Origin: Lingula anatina
Taxonomy: Eukaryota; Animalia; Brachiopoda
Reading direction: 5' to 3'
Assembly: GCA_051362555.1 (NCBI GenBank)
Contig: CM120643.1
Coordinates: forward strand, 18,356,848 to 18,420,847
DNA length: 64,000 nt
Shown here piece by piece: positions 24,301 through 36,756 of the stretch (positions within the stretch are counted from its first letter, which is position 1; each line of letters opens with the position of its first letter). The notes below the pieces were generated by a model. It was not told the origin of the DNA and did no database searches. It worked only from the letters and a program-made list of their open reading frames with translations. A program made the position numbers and the translations under genes.

Positions 24301-27300
24301 TTACAGCAATTTTAGTCAAACATCACCACTAAGCAGAACTTATTTTAAGCTTTTATTCGTCCAAATCATACCTCAGATTCCCTTCTATTTATTTATATAT
24401 TTAGCCTTCACGTACAATTGAAGCGTCCTTAGGTTGTCACTATCTTTTAGGGAGCCTAACAAAGCGTCCTTCTTAAATAGATACATTGATTGATATCCAT
24501 TTGATGAATTTAATCTATTCAAGATTAACTGATCATCAAACGCTTTTTGATTAATGCGTCCATATATCTTCTGACGTTTATTTGTCCATAAATGAAATTC
24601 TTGCTGCTGGTGTACATATAGCCTAAATATTCGGTTTCTCGCAAATGTCTTGATAACTGTCGGGGACAGCATTCTGCGCATAAGCATACTTGTCAATATG
24701 TTATTAAGTTTAACATTTGAAAGCTGGCATGCAACGGACCTACCCTCTACAAAGGTGACAGATATTATAGGCAAATTTTCAAAAAAGCCAGTATAGCATC
24801 AAATGACTGTCCATCTATCTAAAGACAAATCTGTGAATATCTTGTGAATATCTGTCGCCCTGGTATAGAGGGTCCAACCGATCTGAGAATCAAGGTTCCT
24901 AACAAAGCAATATCGTTCTCCCCCCCTTTTTTGGTTCTCACAAAAACAATTTTAGTGTTTAATAAATTTTTAAAGAGAACGCGCCTCGCAGAATATTTTA
25001 TCTCGTTCACAGATCATTATGTTGATTGCTGATTTAGGGCTGCAATCAAGTGACTGTCTCCTTAAGTAGAAACTGAAATGTCTTTTTTTTTAACTACCAC
25101 CCAAAGCGAGACCCTACTTTATATGAGACTATTTAATACACACCACCCTTGTGCAAAATGTAAGTAGTGCGTCACGGTAGATAACGTGTTTCTTCTTCTC
25201 GCGTTTCTCTAACCTGTGCACAATTTCGACTCGGGGTAAATAAGCTGTCAATAATATATCATCTTACTCTGCTTGGCTAGAGGCATTGAAAGGGTTGCAA
25301 TAATCCTGGGAAACACCTGGTGCCAAGAGATTTATTCTCTGTGGTTAGCGGTATTTGCATTGGTCGTTTATCTTTATCTGTTTTCAGAACCTTGATTAGA
25401 GACCAAGACAGCCGCGCATCCAGTCTGTTTTAAGAATAATCGTCTTATCGCTAACTTCCAAAAGTAGCCGCTTGGTTACTTCCATTCCTTTTGTAATTAC
25501 ACTGTACTCATGTCTACTGCTCATTAATAATAATAATAATAATAATGATATACAATTATTGACTTCAGGTGTAAAAACGGCAATAATAATAATATGTTCA
25601 TTCGTATGAGTTTGAAATGCAAAAGCGTTAAATAGACTTTACAACATAATCTTAAGACAAAGTTATAGATGCTTACATACAATGAAATTATACATGTATA
25701 ATTTGAAAAAAATCTAACTTAATCCAAATCACACATACTTAGGGCTTAACAGCTAAGAGAGGCGAAGTGAAAGTGGTTCCAGGAACTCTATATCTCGAAG
25801 TTTGAACTCAGACTTTTCTTGCTAAAAACAATTGAATGTAACAGAGGCACAATTCATGGGAATTGAATAAGCAACAAGGAAACAGGAAACTCCAGATCTT
25901 GTACACTTTCCTTTTTTGAATCTACCTACATTTCAGTGGAAAATTTTCATTATTTTCTAAAATATATGAAGCACAAATGAAGAAACATGCACAAAGAAAA
26001 GTTCCAATTTTCCACTGATATTTTATCTAAAGCGTGTGTTTTGGAATGGAATTAAGTTAATAAGCAGAAACTTATAGTGTTGCTTTGTGTTGCTGAGTCA
26101 GTGTATATATATTTAATTGTGTTGTGAAACCCTAGTCGTTGTTCATCAATACGAATCGGACACGCTATTAGACGCACTGAATTATTAAACGAGTAATTGA
26201 CGTCATACGAAATCTGTATGATTGAAGGTAAAATGGACAATTTAGTGGCACCATATGCTTCACTAAAACGGCTTTTTATTATAAATTTTCCTTTTATTCA
26301 CGTCTTTTATCCGACTTAACAAACAAGCTAGATTGCTGAATAGCTGGAGTTCAAAGTTTTTTTTTGGTCCGAACGAGTTCATTAACACCTCTTTTACAAA
26401 AGTTAAATCTTCTTCTTTTCTTTCTTTAAACCTTTAATCTGGCAAGACTATTTTTTTCTGACAATCACGTGGTGTATATGCATATGACGTGCACGTGGCA
26501 TTTGATAAAGTTTTCTCTTCATTTTCATGAGATATATAGGCCCTAGTTATCCCTGTGTTGCTTTGACGAATAACAACCCAATTGTGAAGTAGTTGAAAAA
26601 CAGGTTCAAAACTATGATTTGGAGTCTAGTATTTTGTCAAAAAACTATCCAATTAAACAAATGATGCAGAGTTAACAGATAGGGCAAATTGTTGCTATTA
26701 TTATATTGATGTCTTTTCTTGCAGACGACAGTGGGTGCAGAAGAGTGCATAAATGCTTACATCGTGGTTTATTCGGTGACAAATCGCTCGACATTCCGCT
26801 ACGCCAAAGACATCTTGCACAAGTTACGGCAGCTGTACAAGGACTCGGTAGCTCTGATTCTGGTAGGCAACAAAACCGATCTTCAAAGACAGAGAACAGT
26901 TTCCACAGAAGGTGAGCTGTTTCAGCGATTTTTTTATGTGTGTGGCTTTGAAACTTTTTTTTCGGTAATTTGAATTTCGATCATCGTGTACTTGTACGTC
27001 TCTTTGGGATTCGATCGAATCATTTCATTTGTATCCTATATTCCGTCTATAGACAACACCTTTTATATCGAACATGTTGAATATGATCGGAGTAAAACTG
27101 AAAACATATATGTTCGTGTGGACAATTCTACTTTCTGTTAGTAAAACGCTTGGACACACACACACACACACACACACACAAAACAAGATACCGCCTTACT
27201 TAATCAGTTAAGCATCAGGTGTTTTTGCAATATCTTCGTTTTTTACGTGACTTTACCTGGCGTCTCATTTGTATTTACCTTGGCAATAGCATAGCATACA

Positions 27301-27603
27301 TAGCATCTGCCGAACCATTTATCTTTATTTTAATTTTCACTTTTACCAGTGGGCAAAGAACTGGCGATAACCGAACACGCAAAATTCGTAGAAACGTCAG
27401 CCCTGTTGAAATACAACGTTGACGAGCTCTTAGTGGGAACGCTCCGACAAATCAAACTAAAGCAAGCAGAGGCAGAGGCCGCCGCCAAAGAGCAAGACAC
27501 CAACAAGAAAAAGAAGAAGGGTCCCAAAAGCCTAGTTCGACGCCTGTTCAAAAAGAAAATGCCCTCTCGTTCGAAATCTTGCGAAAATCTCTACATGCTT
27601 TAG
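20868..27603 (+). CDS. RGK-family (Rad/Rem/Gem/Kir) Ras-like GTP-binding protein, paralog B, 320 aa, 4 coding exons
   Basis: Exons 20868-21306, 22461-22543, 26725-26911 and 27350-27603 join in frame (963 nt). Motifs: VYLLGASEVGRS, NAYIVVYSVT, G4 LILVGNKTDL, G5 FVETSA, NVDELLVG, basic tail and RSKSCENLYML (Cys at -7). Confidence 0.92.
22461..22543 (+). CDS. RGK-B coding exon 2
   Basis: tttgcAG acceptor, CTG|GTATGT donor; DDHGASVVVGLDNEETEICFLQPQSNL. Absent from the ORF track. Confidence 0.85.
26725..26911 (+). CDS. RGK-B coding exon 3
   Basis: cttgcAG acceptor, G|GTGAGC donor; AYIVVYSVTNRSTF...VGNKTDLQRQRTV. Confidence 0.92.
27350..27603 (+). CDS. RGK-B coding exon 4 (G5 and RGK tail)
   Basis: ttttaccAG acceptor; KFVETSALLKYNVDELLVG...RSKSCENLYML*. 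Confidence 0.92.
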
Positions 27604-28626
27604 TATGCTGATACTAATTGAAAACAGGACTGCATCATGTACCGAAACATCCCGGTGAGAGGTTTACCTTTAACGTGCGCTGGGCTTTAATCTTGTTTCA
27701 ACACGCAGAAACGAGAGAGAGGCCAGCTTTTAAAGGCCATGATAATATAACTTTGTGGGGCCGCAAACGAGAACGGCACAACCAAAACATTGAGGTTTCA
27801 AGAATATCTCATGGAGAAAGACAATTGGATTACGTACAAGTGTAGGCCTTCGTTGGATTTCAGAGATCACTGGAAACTCACCCATATTGCCGTCAGTGAC
27901 ATGCCGATATAAGTGGCTTCGGAAAATCAGGGTGGTAGAACATGTTTCATAGATTGAATTGGCTGGTTTACTTTAGAGTTACCTAGCGGTCTGGTGACTA
28001 CAAAGTCTTGATCAGTTTGAAAACGTCTAAATTAGTCATTTACCGAAGCGCCCTTTTCAAGTGACCTGAGATGTGAAATTTATTTACTGTTAACCTAATT
28101 CACTTTCTACCATTTTTATCTTGTTCCGTATTTATAAATTGTTCACGATAACGTGTGAATATGTGTGTACATGAATAGCTCCTTGATATTATTGTATTGT
28201 TCCACCGTGTCGCAAAATAAACCATATTTATAAGTTATTAGACAAAGTCGACTTCTCTTTTTTAATTTTTGCAAAGTATTTTAACTCCAGAAAAATTTAC
28301 GCCATTGTCATCCGTATCCTGCTCAGCAATGCCGTGCAGATATTGGATGTGATGAAATATGAACACTATGAAAGCATGTACGAGCTTTGTCGGATCGTCT
28401 ATAGATATTATTCACTTTAAACTCTTCTTTTGCAAACTTAACTTCCGTCTGTCGTGTAAGTCTTTTTATGGCTCGATCAGATCGTAATATATATTTGAAG
28501 CACAAAACGTTTCAACGTCGTGTCAAAATAGTACAGAACAACGCAGCATAGAGATTGTGTTAACTGTGCTGACTTTGAGTTAAACGGACACCAAAAACAT
28601 CAAAAATCGTTTTGAACATCGATACA

Positions 28627-28667
<41 letters not shown>

Positions 28668-29055
28668 CTGTTGAGCCTGCTTCGACTTGAGAGACATTTT
28701 ATACTCTTCCGAATGCATTTGTCTCCGTTAGCTAGTACATAACAGGTTTTTCTTCTTCTCATCGCATTTTTATGTAACTTTCAAAGTATTTACTTTCATG
28801 TATGCGATCGATGAGTATAGAGAGTAGCAGAGATAGAAAGTGAACTTTTCTTTTGAGGCACTTAATAGACGTTAGACCCTACTATATTCAAAACCAAAAC
28901 GATCTATAAACCGGCTTTGGGGTAATGCTTCTTGTTTCGTATGTCACGACGGTCGTGAGAGCGACCATTAGGAATTTAGAATGAAAAAAGACTATCGAAT
29001 TAGACAATTTGATTATCGTAAAAAAACAAATCTCGTTTTTCATTATTTCGTGCAG

Positions 29056-29259
29056 ACGACAGTCTGGACAGTGGGTGCAGGAGAGTCTGAGAGCATAAAC
29101 GCTTAAATTGCAGTTTATTCGGTGACAAATCGCTCTACATTTCCTTACGCCAAAGACATCTTGCGCAAATTACTGCAGTTGTACAAGGACTCGGTGGCAC
29201 CAATTCTGGAAGGCAACATTTAACCGACCTTCAAAGGCAGGAGACCGTTTCCACAGACG
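29056..29259 (+). pseudogene. Degenerate duplicate of RGK-B exon 3 (pseudo-exon)
   Basis: Colinear with 26725-26911 but carries 9-, 6- and 2-nt insertions (204 vs 187 nt) and a TAC>TAA stop. The tgcAG acceptor and GTGAG donor are retained, and intron similarity continues to about 29316. Confidence 0.9.
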
Positions 29260-29486
29260 GTGAGATTTGCTTAATATGTGTGGCTTTGAAACTCCATTTT
29301 CGGTAGCTAGAATTTCATTTGCCGTCTGCATCTTTTTAGCATTTCATCAAATATTCTTGAAGTAGAGTTTCTTAAACGTTAGATCAATTTGATATAGACT
29401 AGTGGATCAAACTGATTGCTTTAACAGTGATCATGTAAGATTTAACGCACACCAAAAACATCACAAATTGCTTGGAACACACACTT

Positions 29487-29533
<47 letters not shown>

Positions 29534-29580
29534 CCTACTGCAACTTTAGAATAATTTTTCATTCTTTTTTATCCTTGTGC

Positions 29581-29581
<1 letters not shown>

Positions 29582-29632
<51 letters not shown>
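29582..29632. repeat. Poly(T) run of about 51 nt
   Basis: Read directly. Confidence 0.9.
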
Positions 29633-29633
<1 letters not shown>

Positions 29634-29862
29634 TATTTATGGCTACAATGCTCGTAAAAATGCGAACTTTTTTAAACAACGCTTATGTTGAAAAAGGAAA
29701 AATGCTGCAGTTCGCCATGGCATGAAACAGTTTCCATAAGAATTAAGAAAGCGCGGAAAAGAAAATAAAAGATTTTATTTACAAAAGATGTATTCAAAAG
29801 AAAACAGATAAATAGATTTCTGTCCCATCAGTTGAGATTGTTCTTATGTCTGTCCCACCTAA

Positions 29863-30133
29863 TTGCCTACGCAAAGGAGGTTATGTTTTCACCCCTGTTT
29901 GTTTGTCTGTCTGTCATCAACATAACTCAAAAGGTTATGGACTGATTTTGATGAAATTTTCAGGAACTGTCAGAAGTGGGCCAAGGAACAGATGATAAGG
30001 TTTTGGTGGTGATCCGGATAAAAAATAATCAATAATCAATAATAAAAAATATCGAAAATTTAGGGGTGAAACGGCATTGGATGGAGACTTTGCTGCCTTG
30101 GCAGAGGTCTGCGCTCTCTGAGTGACTTTCTAG
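29863..30133 (+). mobile_element. Non-autonomous Helitron/Helentron (HINE-like) element, about 270 bp
   Basis: Subterminal inverted pair CCTACGCAAAGG / CCTTGGCAGAGG, internal (GTTT/GTCT)n, 3' stem-loop GCGCTC-TCT-GAGTGA, terminal CTAG followed by TT. This matches HINE/DINE-1-type architecture. Confidence 0.7.
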
Positions 30134-32169
30134 TTTCTCTCTTATTTTATTTATATATTCATTTGCTACCATTTTCATTTTGAAATCAAATGTGAAAAAA
30201 CCATGTCACAGTCCAAAACTTTCGTATAACCAGTATATGAAGGATGACTACTCATGTTCACTACTGTATTAGTCAACGTCTATGTAGCTTGAATATTGAA
30301 AGGTATAATATAACCTATACAGGACACATCAAATCCTGTTTTTTTTTTCATAAGTGCAATGGGCTAGTAGTTAAGATTTTATGGTAGCAAATCCAATAAC
30401 AAAGTTTATTTGGGTATCATTTAAGGACAGAAAGAGTTGTTCTCCACGAATCAAATACATGAACAGAACTAATTGTCTCCAAAACAAACTATTAAAAGGG
30501 AATGCATATGACAAAATTAAGTCACCAATATGTAAAGACCCTTATTGCAAAAAGATGACTCTAGTAACCTATAGCATGGTAAATTCTGAATTATTTGTAA
30601 TTTTATGCAATTTATTGACACCTGACCTCCCCCCTCCCTCCCTCTTGAAATTAGAATTTTGACTAGCTGAATCATAGTTCTAAATCGTACCAAAAGGCAC
30701 TGTTTTCCCTCCAAAAAACAAAAAGTATTTCGGGGCCCTATATAGCAGGGCCCCGAACCCCGAACCTGAGTAAAAATAACAAGGGACGTGATGATAGTAC
30801 TAGTAGGTGCCCTCAGTTCTAGAGGACACAGGAAACCCACCTGTCTATAGCTATCCACCTATTATGAACAAGCCTCAGCATGGAAATGACACCCGAGTTT
30901 CAGGGTACTTTGGAAACGCACATCTCTACTATCGGCATGCTGAATAGCAGAGAGGTGAGCTTCCTGAGGTTTCCTTTGAAACTCGGGGTGGATGACAGCG
31001 AGCATGACCAGTGATGACATTGATACAGAGAGTGCATAACAGGGTGGGACCCTTATGTGAGAATGGTGAGCTCAGTACATCCACTACGAAGTGGAATAGG
31101 CCTAAATACCAATGGCTATTTCTCGAGGCGCACAATAAACGTTAGACTTTACTCTGTAAAGCAAAATAATTATTGATTTTCCTTGAAATTTCAACTCTTC
31201 GCCCATATTCAATGAGGTAAACGCATGCAATATCGAAAACCGTCCACAGAATAACTACCTTAACTCTGGTTTTTGAGTATTGATTTTCTAATTTTTGAGC
31301 CACGTTTGTGATCCACCCCTGTTACGTCTTTGCATGCTCGACATTTTAGGTGTAGGCCCTACTTCCCCAGCAGAAGGCTTTAGATTTCCACTGGTAAACA
31401 TGCGACGCATAAAATAAGTCGATAAAAGTCTAAATAGACGGCATAAATAAGTCCGGTGGATACAGTCAGGCCTACATGGTTTAAAACCACTGCAACTGCG
31501 AAACCCTGTAGGGATTTCAATAGGCCTAACTATGCACTCAGGTTACGCAGCTCATTGTTTTTTTTATTATTTCCTGTTGTGACAGAAAATCGTCCATTTA
31601 TTTGCTTTGGATACTGTGGCAAATGTTTTAGCCTTTGGAAGTTTGATAGTAATGACTAGCATTAAGCAGAAATGTTTTGATAGCAGTGTTGTATAGGATC
31701 CAGAGCAAGAGACGGGCATTTAAAAAATTAAAGAAAAAAAACGCCCTTCCTAGTCTTTTATTTTAAATTAAAATAATTCCAAGAATTTTCTGTCAGTTTT
31801 GCAGAAAATTAGTTATAATAATAAATCAAATTAAGTTGGCAGCTTTTAATATGTGCATTACAGAATTTCAAGTTAAGAAAAATGTGTTAGATGCGACCTC
31901 AAGTGCAGGTGCGTCATTCAAGACTTCCAATGGAGTAATATCATCCGGGCATTTTATTCTGTAGTTCTCTTATTGGATAATTTTAGGGCCAGATGAATCT
32001 TGGTCACGAGCCTAGATGTGCATAGTAGATCTATTACGATTGGTTAAGCAAGTAGGTCAAGTAAATAGGTCATAGCGTTTTTAAAAAATATTTTTTAATC
32101 TAATCGCATATTTTTCAGATATGGACCATTTTTCAAATAGAAAAATAGTTCTTGGATGCTTATGTCTTG

Positions 32170-32365
32170 TTATATTTTGTCACGTAGCAATTTGCTGGGA
32201 TTTAGTTTGTAAAGTGTCTTTCAGATGATAAGCCAATCAGATTACAGCTTGCTCGTGTTTTGTGCTTGTTAGCACGATGCATGATGTAGAGAGAAGAACG
32301 GCCCAAAGTCTACAAAAATCTCGCTTGAAAAATTACTAAAATTCAGCCGGAAATTATAGGTAAAT
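32170..32365 (+). promoter_or_regulatory. Candidate CHD promoter and non-coding first exon
   Basis: AGCCAATCAG (CCAAT box) at 32231, donor-like TAG|GTAAAT at 32360, YY1-like AATGGCG/AAAATGGCC downstream; lies at the end of the CpG-retaining zone. Confidence 0.35.
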
Positions 32366-34827
32366 ATGGCTATTTATATTCTTAGCTGTGTGAAAATTGG
32401 TTATAGATACAGTAACTGTGGATCTGGCAGTAAAATTTCTTCAACACCCGGGGGATGGTGCCCCAATTTCCATCGAGTTTCATCAAACATATCATCAAAA
32501 GTCGAATAAGAATGGCGTACAAAGTTATCCATTGTTCAAACGTTGATCAAAATTAGAACTTATTGTTACCTTGTATAGTCTGGATGTTGTTTTATTCGGT
32601 TGTATTTATGTTTGCTTGCATGTTACACGCTCGTTCTGGGTAATTTCCACGTGCTCGTTGTAAACATTCAGCCGGCGAGATTCCCCTTACATAGGGAATC
32701 CGAGAGCTCGGGAGCAAAATGGCCATTGTTTGAGGGCTTTCCCAAAGATTCTTTGTTACGGCACGTGCGAGCGCATCCCAGCTGAAAGACCCGAATTGTA
32801 TTTAGTTTAACTGGATGCTGTGTTTAATACTGAAAACACTGTGTGCATCTCACTCAGTGTATTCCTGTTGAAATTCCGAGAGACTGAAGAGTAGCATTTC
32901 TCCATGCTGCAGCCATGATGGTTTGTTGTGATGGCAATTACAACTTTGCATGCAGGCCCATTAGAACAATCTAGGGGTATTTTGTCGAGTTAAAGCATTT
33001 GATTTTTATTTTGAAGGTATCTTTTGGACTGTTTATGGGTTGTGTTGTAAATTGTTAAATTTTTGAGCGTTTCCTTTGTTTGATCTGTGGTTAGTGAAAT
33101 AGACACCCTAAGGGCAAAAGTGAATCAGTGTAGACCCATGTTTTTAAAAATGAAAATGTTGCTCCGTGAGTCGCTGCATTTTTTCTGTCATAAACTTCCA
33201 GTTTTGTTTCAGTGTATTTTGAATACTGGTGTCCATTCACTTAATACTTGTATATCTAAAACTGGTTTATTTACATTAAATAGTTTTATAGTACTCATGC
33301 TAGTTAACCATGTGTTAATCATTTCTAATATGTTAACCCTTTTTTTTAGTTTTGTAACAACTGCAAAAATTTAAAGAATTTTTCTATTCATGCTGGTTTA
33401 AGCATAACTCATTTGTTGGCACTTGTTAATAAATGCTAACTGATCACCTGATGTGTTAACAAGAAGATTAGTCTTGATTTAAACGTAAACGGGATGATAA
33501 TTGGAGAACTTCTTGTTTTCCTCTCATTTTCTGAATCGGTGAAATTAACCAACCCGTCATTAACGTTATATTCTTTGGAGAAAATTTCAAAATCATTTTC
33601 TCCACAGGTTTAACTTAAGGGGTGGGTCTGACTAAAAAGGTCTAACTAAAGGGGTGATAATTTGAGGAGTTTCAATTTAAGTCTTAATTTTTGAAGAGGC
33701 GAAATCAACCTCTTAGTTGATTAAATGTTATTGTCATTGCCTGATTTACACTTGCAAATTCCATGCTTTTAACAACCCCCAGGTGTTTCTTTAATTAATT
33801 TTTATTTCATTAATGTCAGCAGTGCTTTTAAATCTTAGTATTCTTGTAGATATTTGATGAGTTTTTATTTTCACTATAGATTTGATCAGTTGGTATGTTG
33901 ATCATAGGCTGGTATGTTTTTTTTTTTTTTTCAACAACATTATAGCATTTAGTCTAACTACAAAACCAAGCAGTTAGTTTTAACTGATTGCAGTCAAGTT
34001 CTAATCAACAAAGACCATGTTATGTTGAGGTACCAGTAAGCAGCTCGATGACATTTTTTTTTGTCGAATATAAAATATGGGAGCCAAAATATAAATCTAA
34101 GCCAGAGCAGTGTCTTACCTGTGATTAGGCAACCAAACAGTGATGATACATATGCACAGCTTTGAATTCTGTATAAATGTATAAGTATAAAATTAGGCTT
34201 TAGTTGCCATAGAATTTCACAGAAGTCAGTTTGTTTACTAAATACTACTTTATATTGGTGAAAATAGTTTTTATGTAGTCAAATTGAGTTTTTTTAAATC
34301 ATTTTGTGAACATTTAAAGCATGGGTCTGGTTTGTTCTGTGAACGGGGCCATTTTAGAAGTGGTGCGAATACGTCCTTCATAATGACATTTGTTGAATGA
34401 TTTCAACATGATGACCCATGATTAGGTCTGTCATGGGTTTATAGCAAAATAAAGCCCTAGTTCATATCAAATATAACTTGAACATTATAACATGTCAGTT
34501 CAGTTGTAAATTAGAACTGATGTGAACTGTGATGAAATGTTTTTAGTCTTGATGATTGCGATCAGTCAAGGGTGATTGCAGGATACTCTGTCCAGCCAGG
34601 GTGATCAAAATGATCACACGGATGAGATTTTTCTGACTATCAGCAGATTTGTGACTTTTTGGCCTTGGTGGCCCCCTGGATCCCATGCTGTATTTTCTGA
34701 CTTTTTCACTAAATGGCAGTCTCATCCCTCTTATTAGTGTGGTTTACTGACAACTCAAAGGTATAAACTCAAAGATATTAAGCTGAGCTAGTCATGCTGT
34801 ATGTCTGACTGTATTACTAAAACTGTG

Positions 34828-35061
34828 TTCCCATAAACCCATAGTACTAACTGGTTTGATTTAACTCTGCAGGGCTTCTCTCCAAAGTGCTTTCATTGTA
34901 ATCAACTAAATTGTCTGGCACGTCCCCTTTAGAAACTAGGGGGTAATTAACTATTGTTAATTACCCCCTAGCACCTTTAGTAGGCCTGTCGGACATTTAA
35001 GCTGGTTACACCGAATGCAAGTTGGTAAAAAACTCTGCAGAGTACGATGGATTTATGGGAA
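34828..35061. mobile_element. Palindromic (fold-back) MITE, family TTCCCATAAA...TTTATGGGAA, copy 1
   Basis: Inverted termini TTCCCATAAA / TTTATGGGAA and central hairpin CTAGGGGGTAATTAAC-TATT-GTTAATTACCCCCTAG; homologs at 40197, 48604 and 55912. Confidence 0.8.
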
Positions 35062-35959
35062 TGCTCCCTAATATAATCCTTTAGTGAACAATGCTCAAGG
35101 ATTTGCTGTGTATGTGTAGTTAGGTAACTATTCCATACATTTGACCAATGTGTAATTATCCTTCCCCCTTCCTGCCAAAAAAAAAACAAAAAAAACATTG
35201 ATAAACATAGTTGTCAAATGTTTTGGAAAATAAAGTGGGTTTGTGCCTGTCAGTACGTTGTACATGTCTGAAGGAGATAATTTCTTTTAAAAAAGTAAAA
35301 TATTAGAAAAAGGAAGGAATTTTAAAAGTCATAACAGTACAGAAGTGAACTTGGAAAAGAGCAGTGCAGCAACATGGGATATAGATTACGGGGCCGAAAC
35401 TCACTGTCAGGTGACTCTAAAAAGAGGAATTTTCAATACTCAAATTGTACATGAAAACACATCCTACCGGGTCATATTCAAGTGACATTTATGCCATTGC
35501 AATTTATCCCAATGAAGGCAGATGCTGCTTTCCCCCCTGACCTGGTGTGAGAGTGGAACACCTGTTCTTTTTCTATGATTAAACATCTGCTGTCATTGGG
35601 TGGCAGAAAGTAGGTCAAGCCAAGTGGTATTGACCTGTTTAGCTAGGTGTGGACATATGTATATGCCTACTACAGTTTTATGTTGTCAGAGTTCAAGTTG
35701 GCTCAGGCTAGATTTATGCACACTACATGGTTCTCCCGTTTTACTAAAAACTTTCTATGGGAAGTGGGTTTAAAATTTTTTAGGCTGAATTTTTGGTCTA
35801 CATCAGTTGCAGGTTTGGGAAATAGCGTGATTGTAGGAATATTGTAACAAGAGGGAAAGGACAGATTTTTCCCCTCAGATGTATCCCTATTGTCAATTCC
35901 TTGAATATGGAGGAAGATGTTGCTCAGGTTACCTCCTGCTTTTGAGGTTAGTTTATATA

Positions 35960-36173
35960 CACTCGACCAATAAAGTTCGGAAACATGAAATTTTTTTTCA
36001 TTACTTAAAAAAAATGTAGTGTAATGGGAAAATCTTTAGTGTATAATATGTATAAAGGTAACAAAAATGGGTGCATTATCTGTCAATATTTGATTAAAAC
36101 ATTTACTTTTGTTCATATGGTTATTTTATAATTATTAAAATTAACCAAGTTTCTCAACTTTTTTGGTCAAGTG
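35960..36173. mobile_element. Tc1/mariner-type MITE, about 214 bp
   Basis: TA on both sides; imperfect TIRs CACTCGACCAATAAAGTTCGGAAAC and GTTTCTCAACTTTTTTGGTCAAGTG. Confidence 0.75.
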
Positions 36174-36713
36174 TATATGATACATTGTACCCTACAAATG
36201 TCTTACTGACATAATTTGTTGTGAATCATCTCTAGAATAAGGATTTTGTACTAGTAGTTTTTTCCAATGTAGAGGACTGAAATAATTGGAACACTGTTGA
36301 TCCAACGTTTTAATATTGATAATGCTGATAGTAGTGACTTATTGAGCAATTAAATGCTCAAGATAAATTTAGATCAGTAGCATCTCATCACTACAATGTA
36401 AATCTATGCCAAATGCCTATACATGATGTATTCTAAATTATAATAAGACTACATGAGTGATAATAAAAATGTCTTACACAAAATGATTGTGTGCCAACTA
36501 CTGATAAATTTTCGTTTGTGGCCAAAAATGGATATATTAAGGAATCGAATATATACAACTTCAGAAGCTAGCTAGATCTTGTTAGCCAGATGTAGGAAAC
36601 CTGTTATTAACCCGAATTGTCCCACACTGCTGATGTATGACATGGCAAAACACTGATCTGAACAAGAAAAATGGGTAGATGGGTTAATTAAATCACACAA
36701 TGCAATGATGATG

Positions 36714-36756
<43 letters not shown>

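Noticed and set aside
29582-29632. Poly(T) as the tail of an antisense retrocopy
   Set aside because: No target-site duplication or retroelement body found; the nearby pseudo-exon keeps intron flanks, so it is a DNA-level duplicate.
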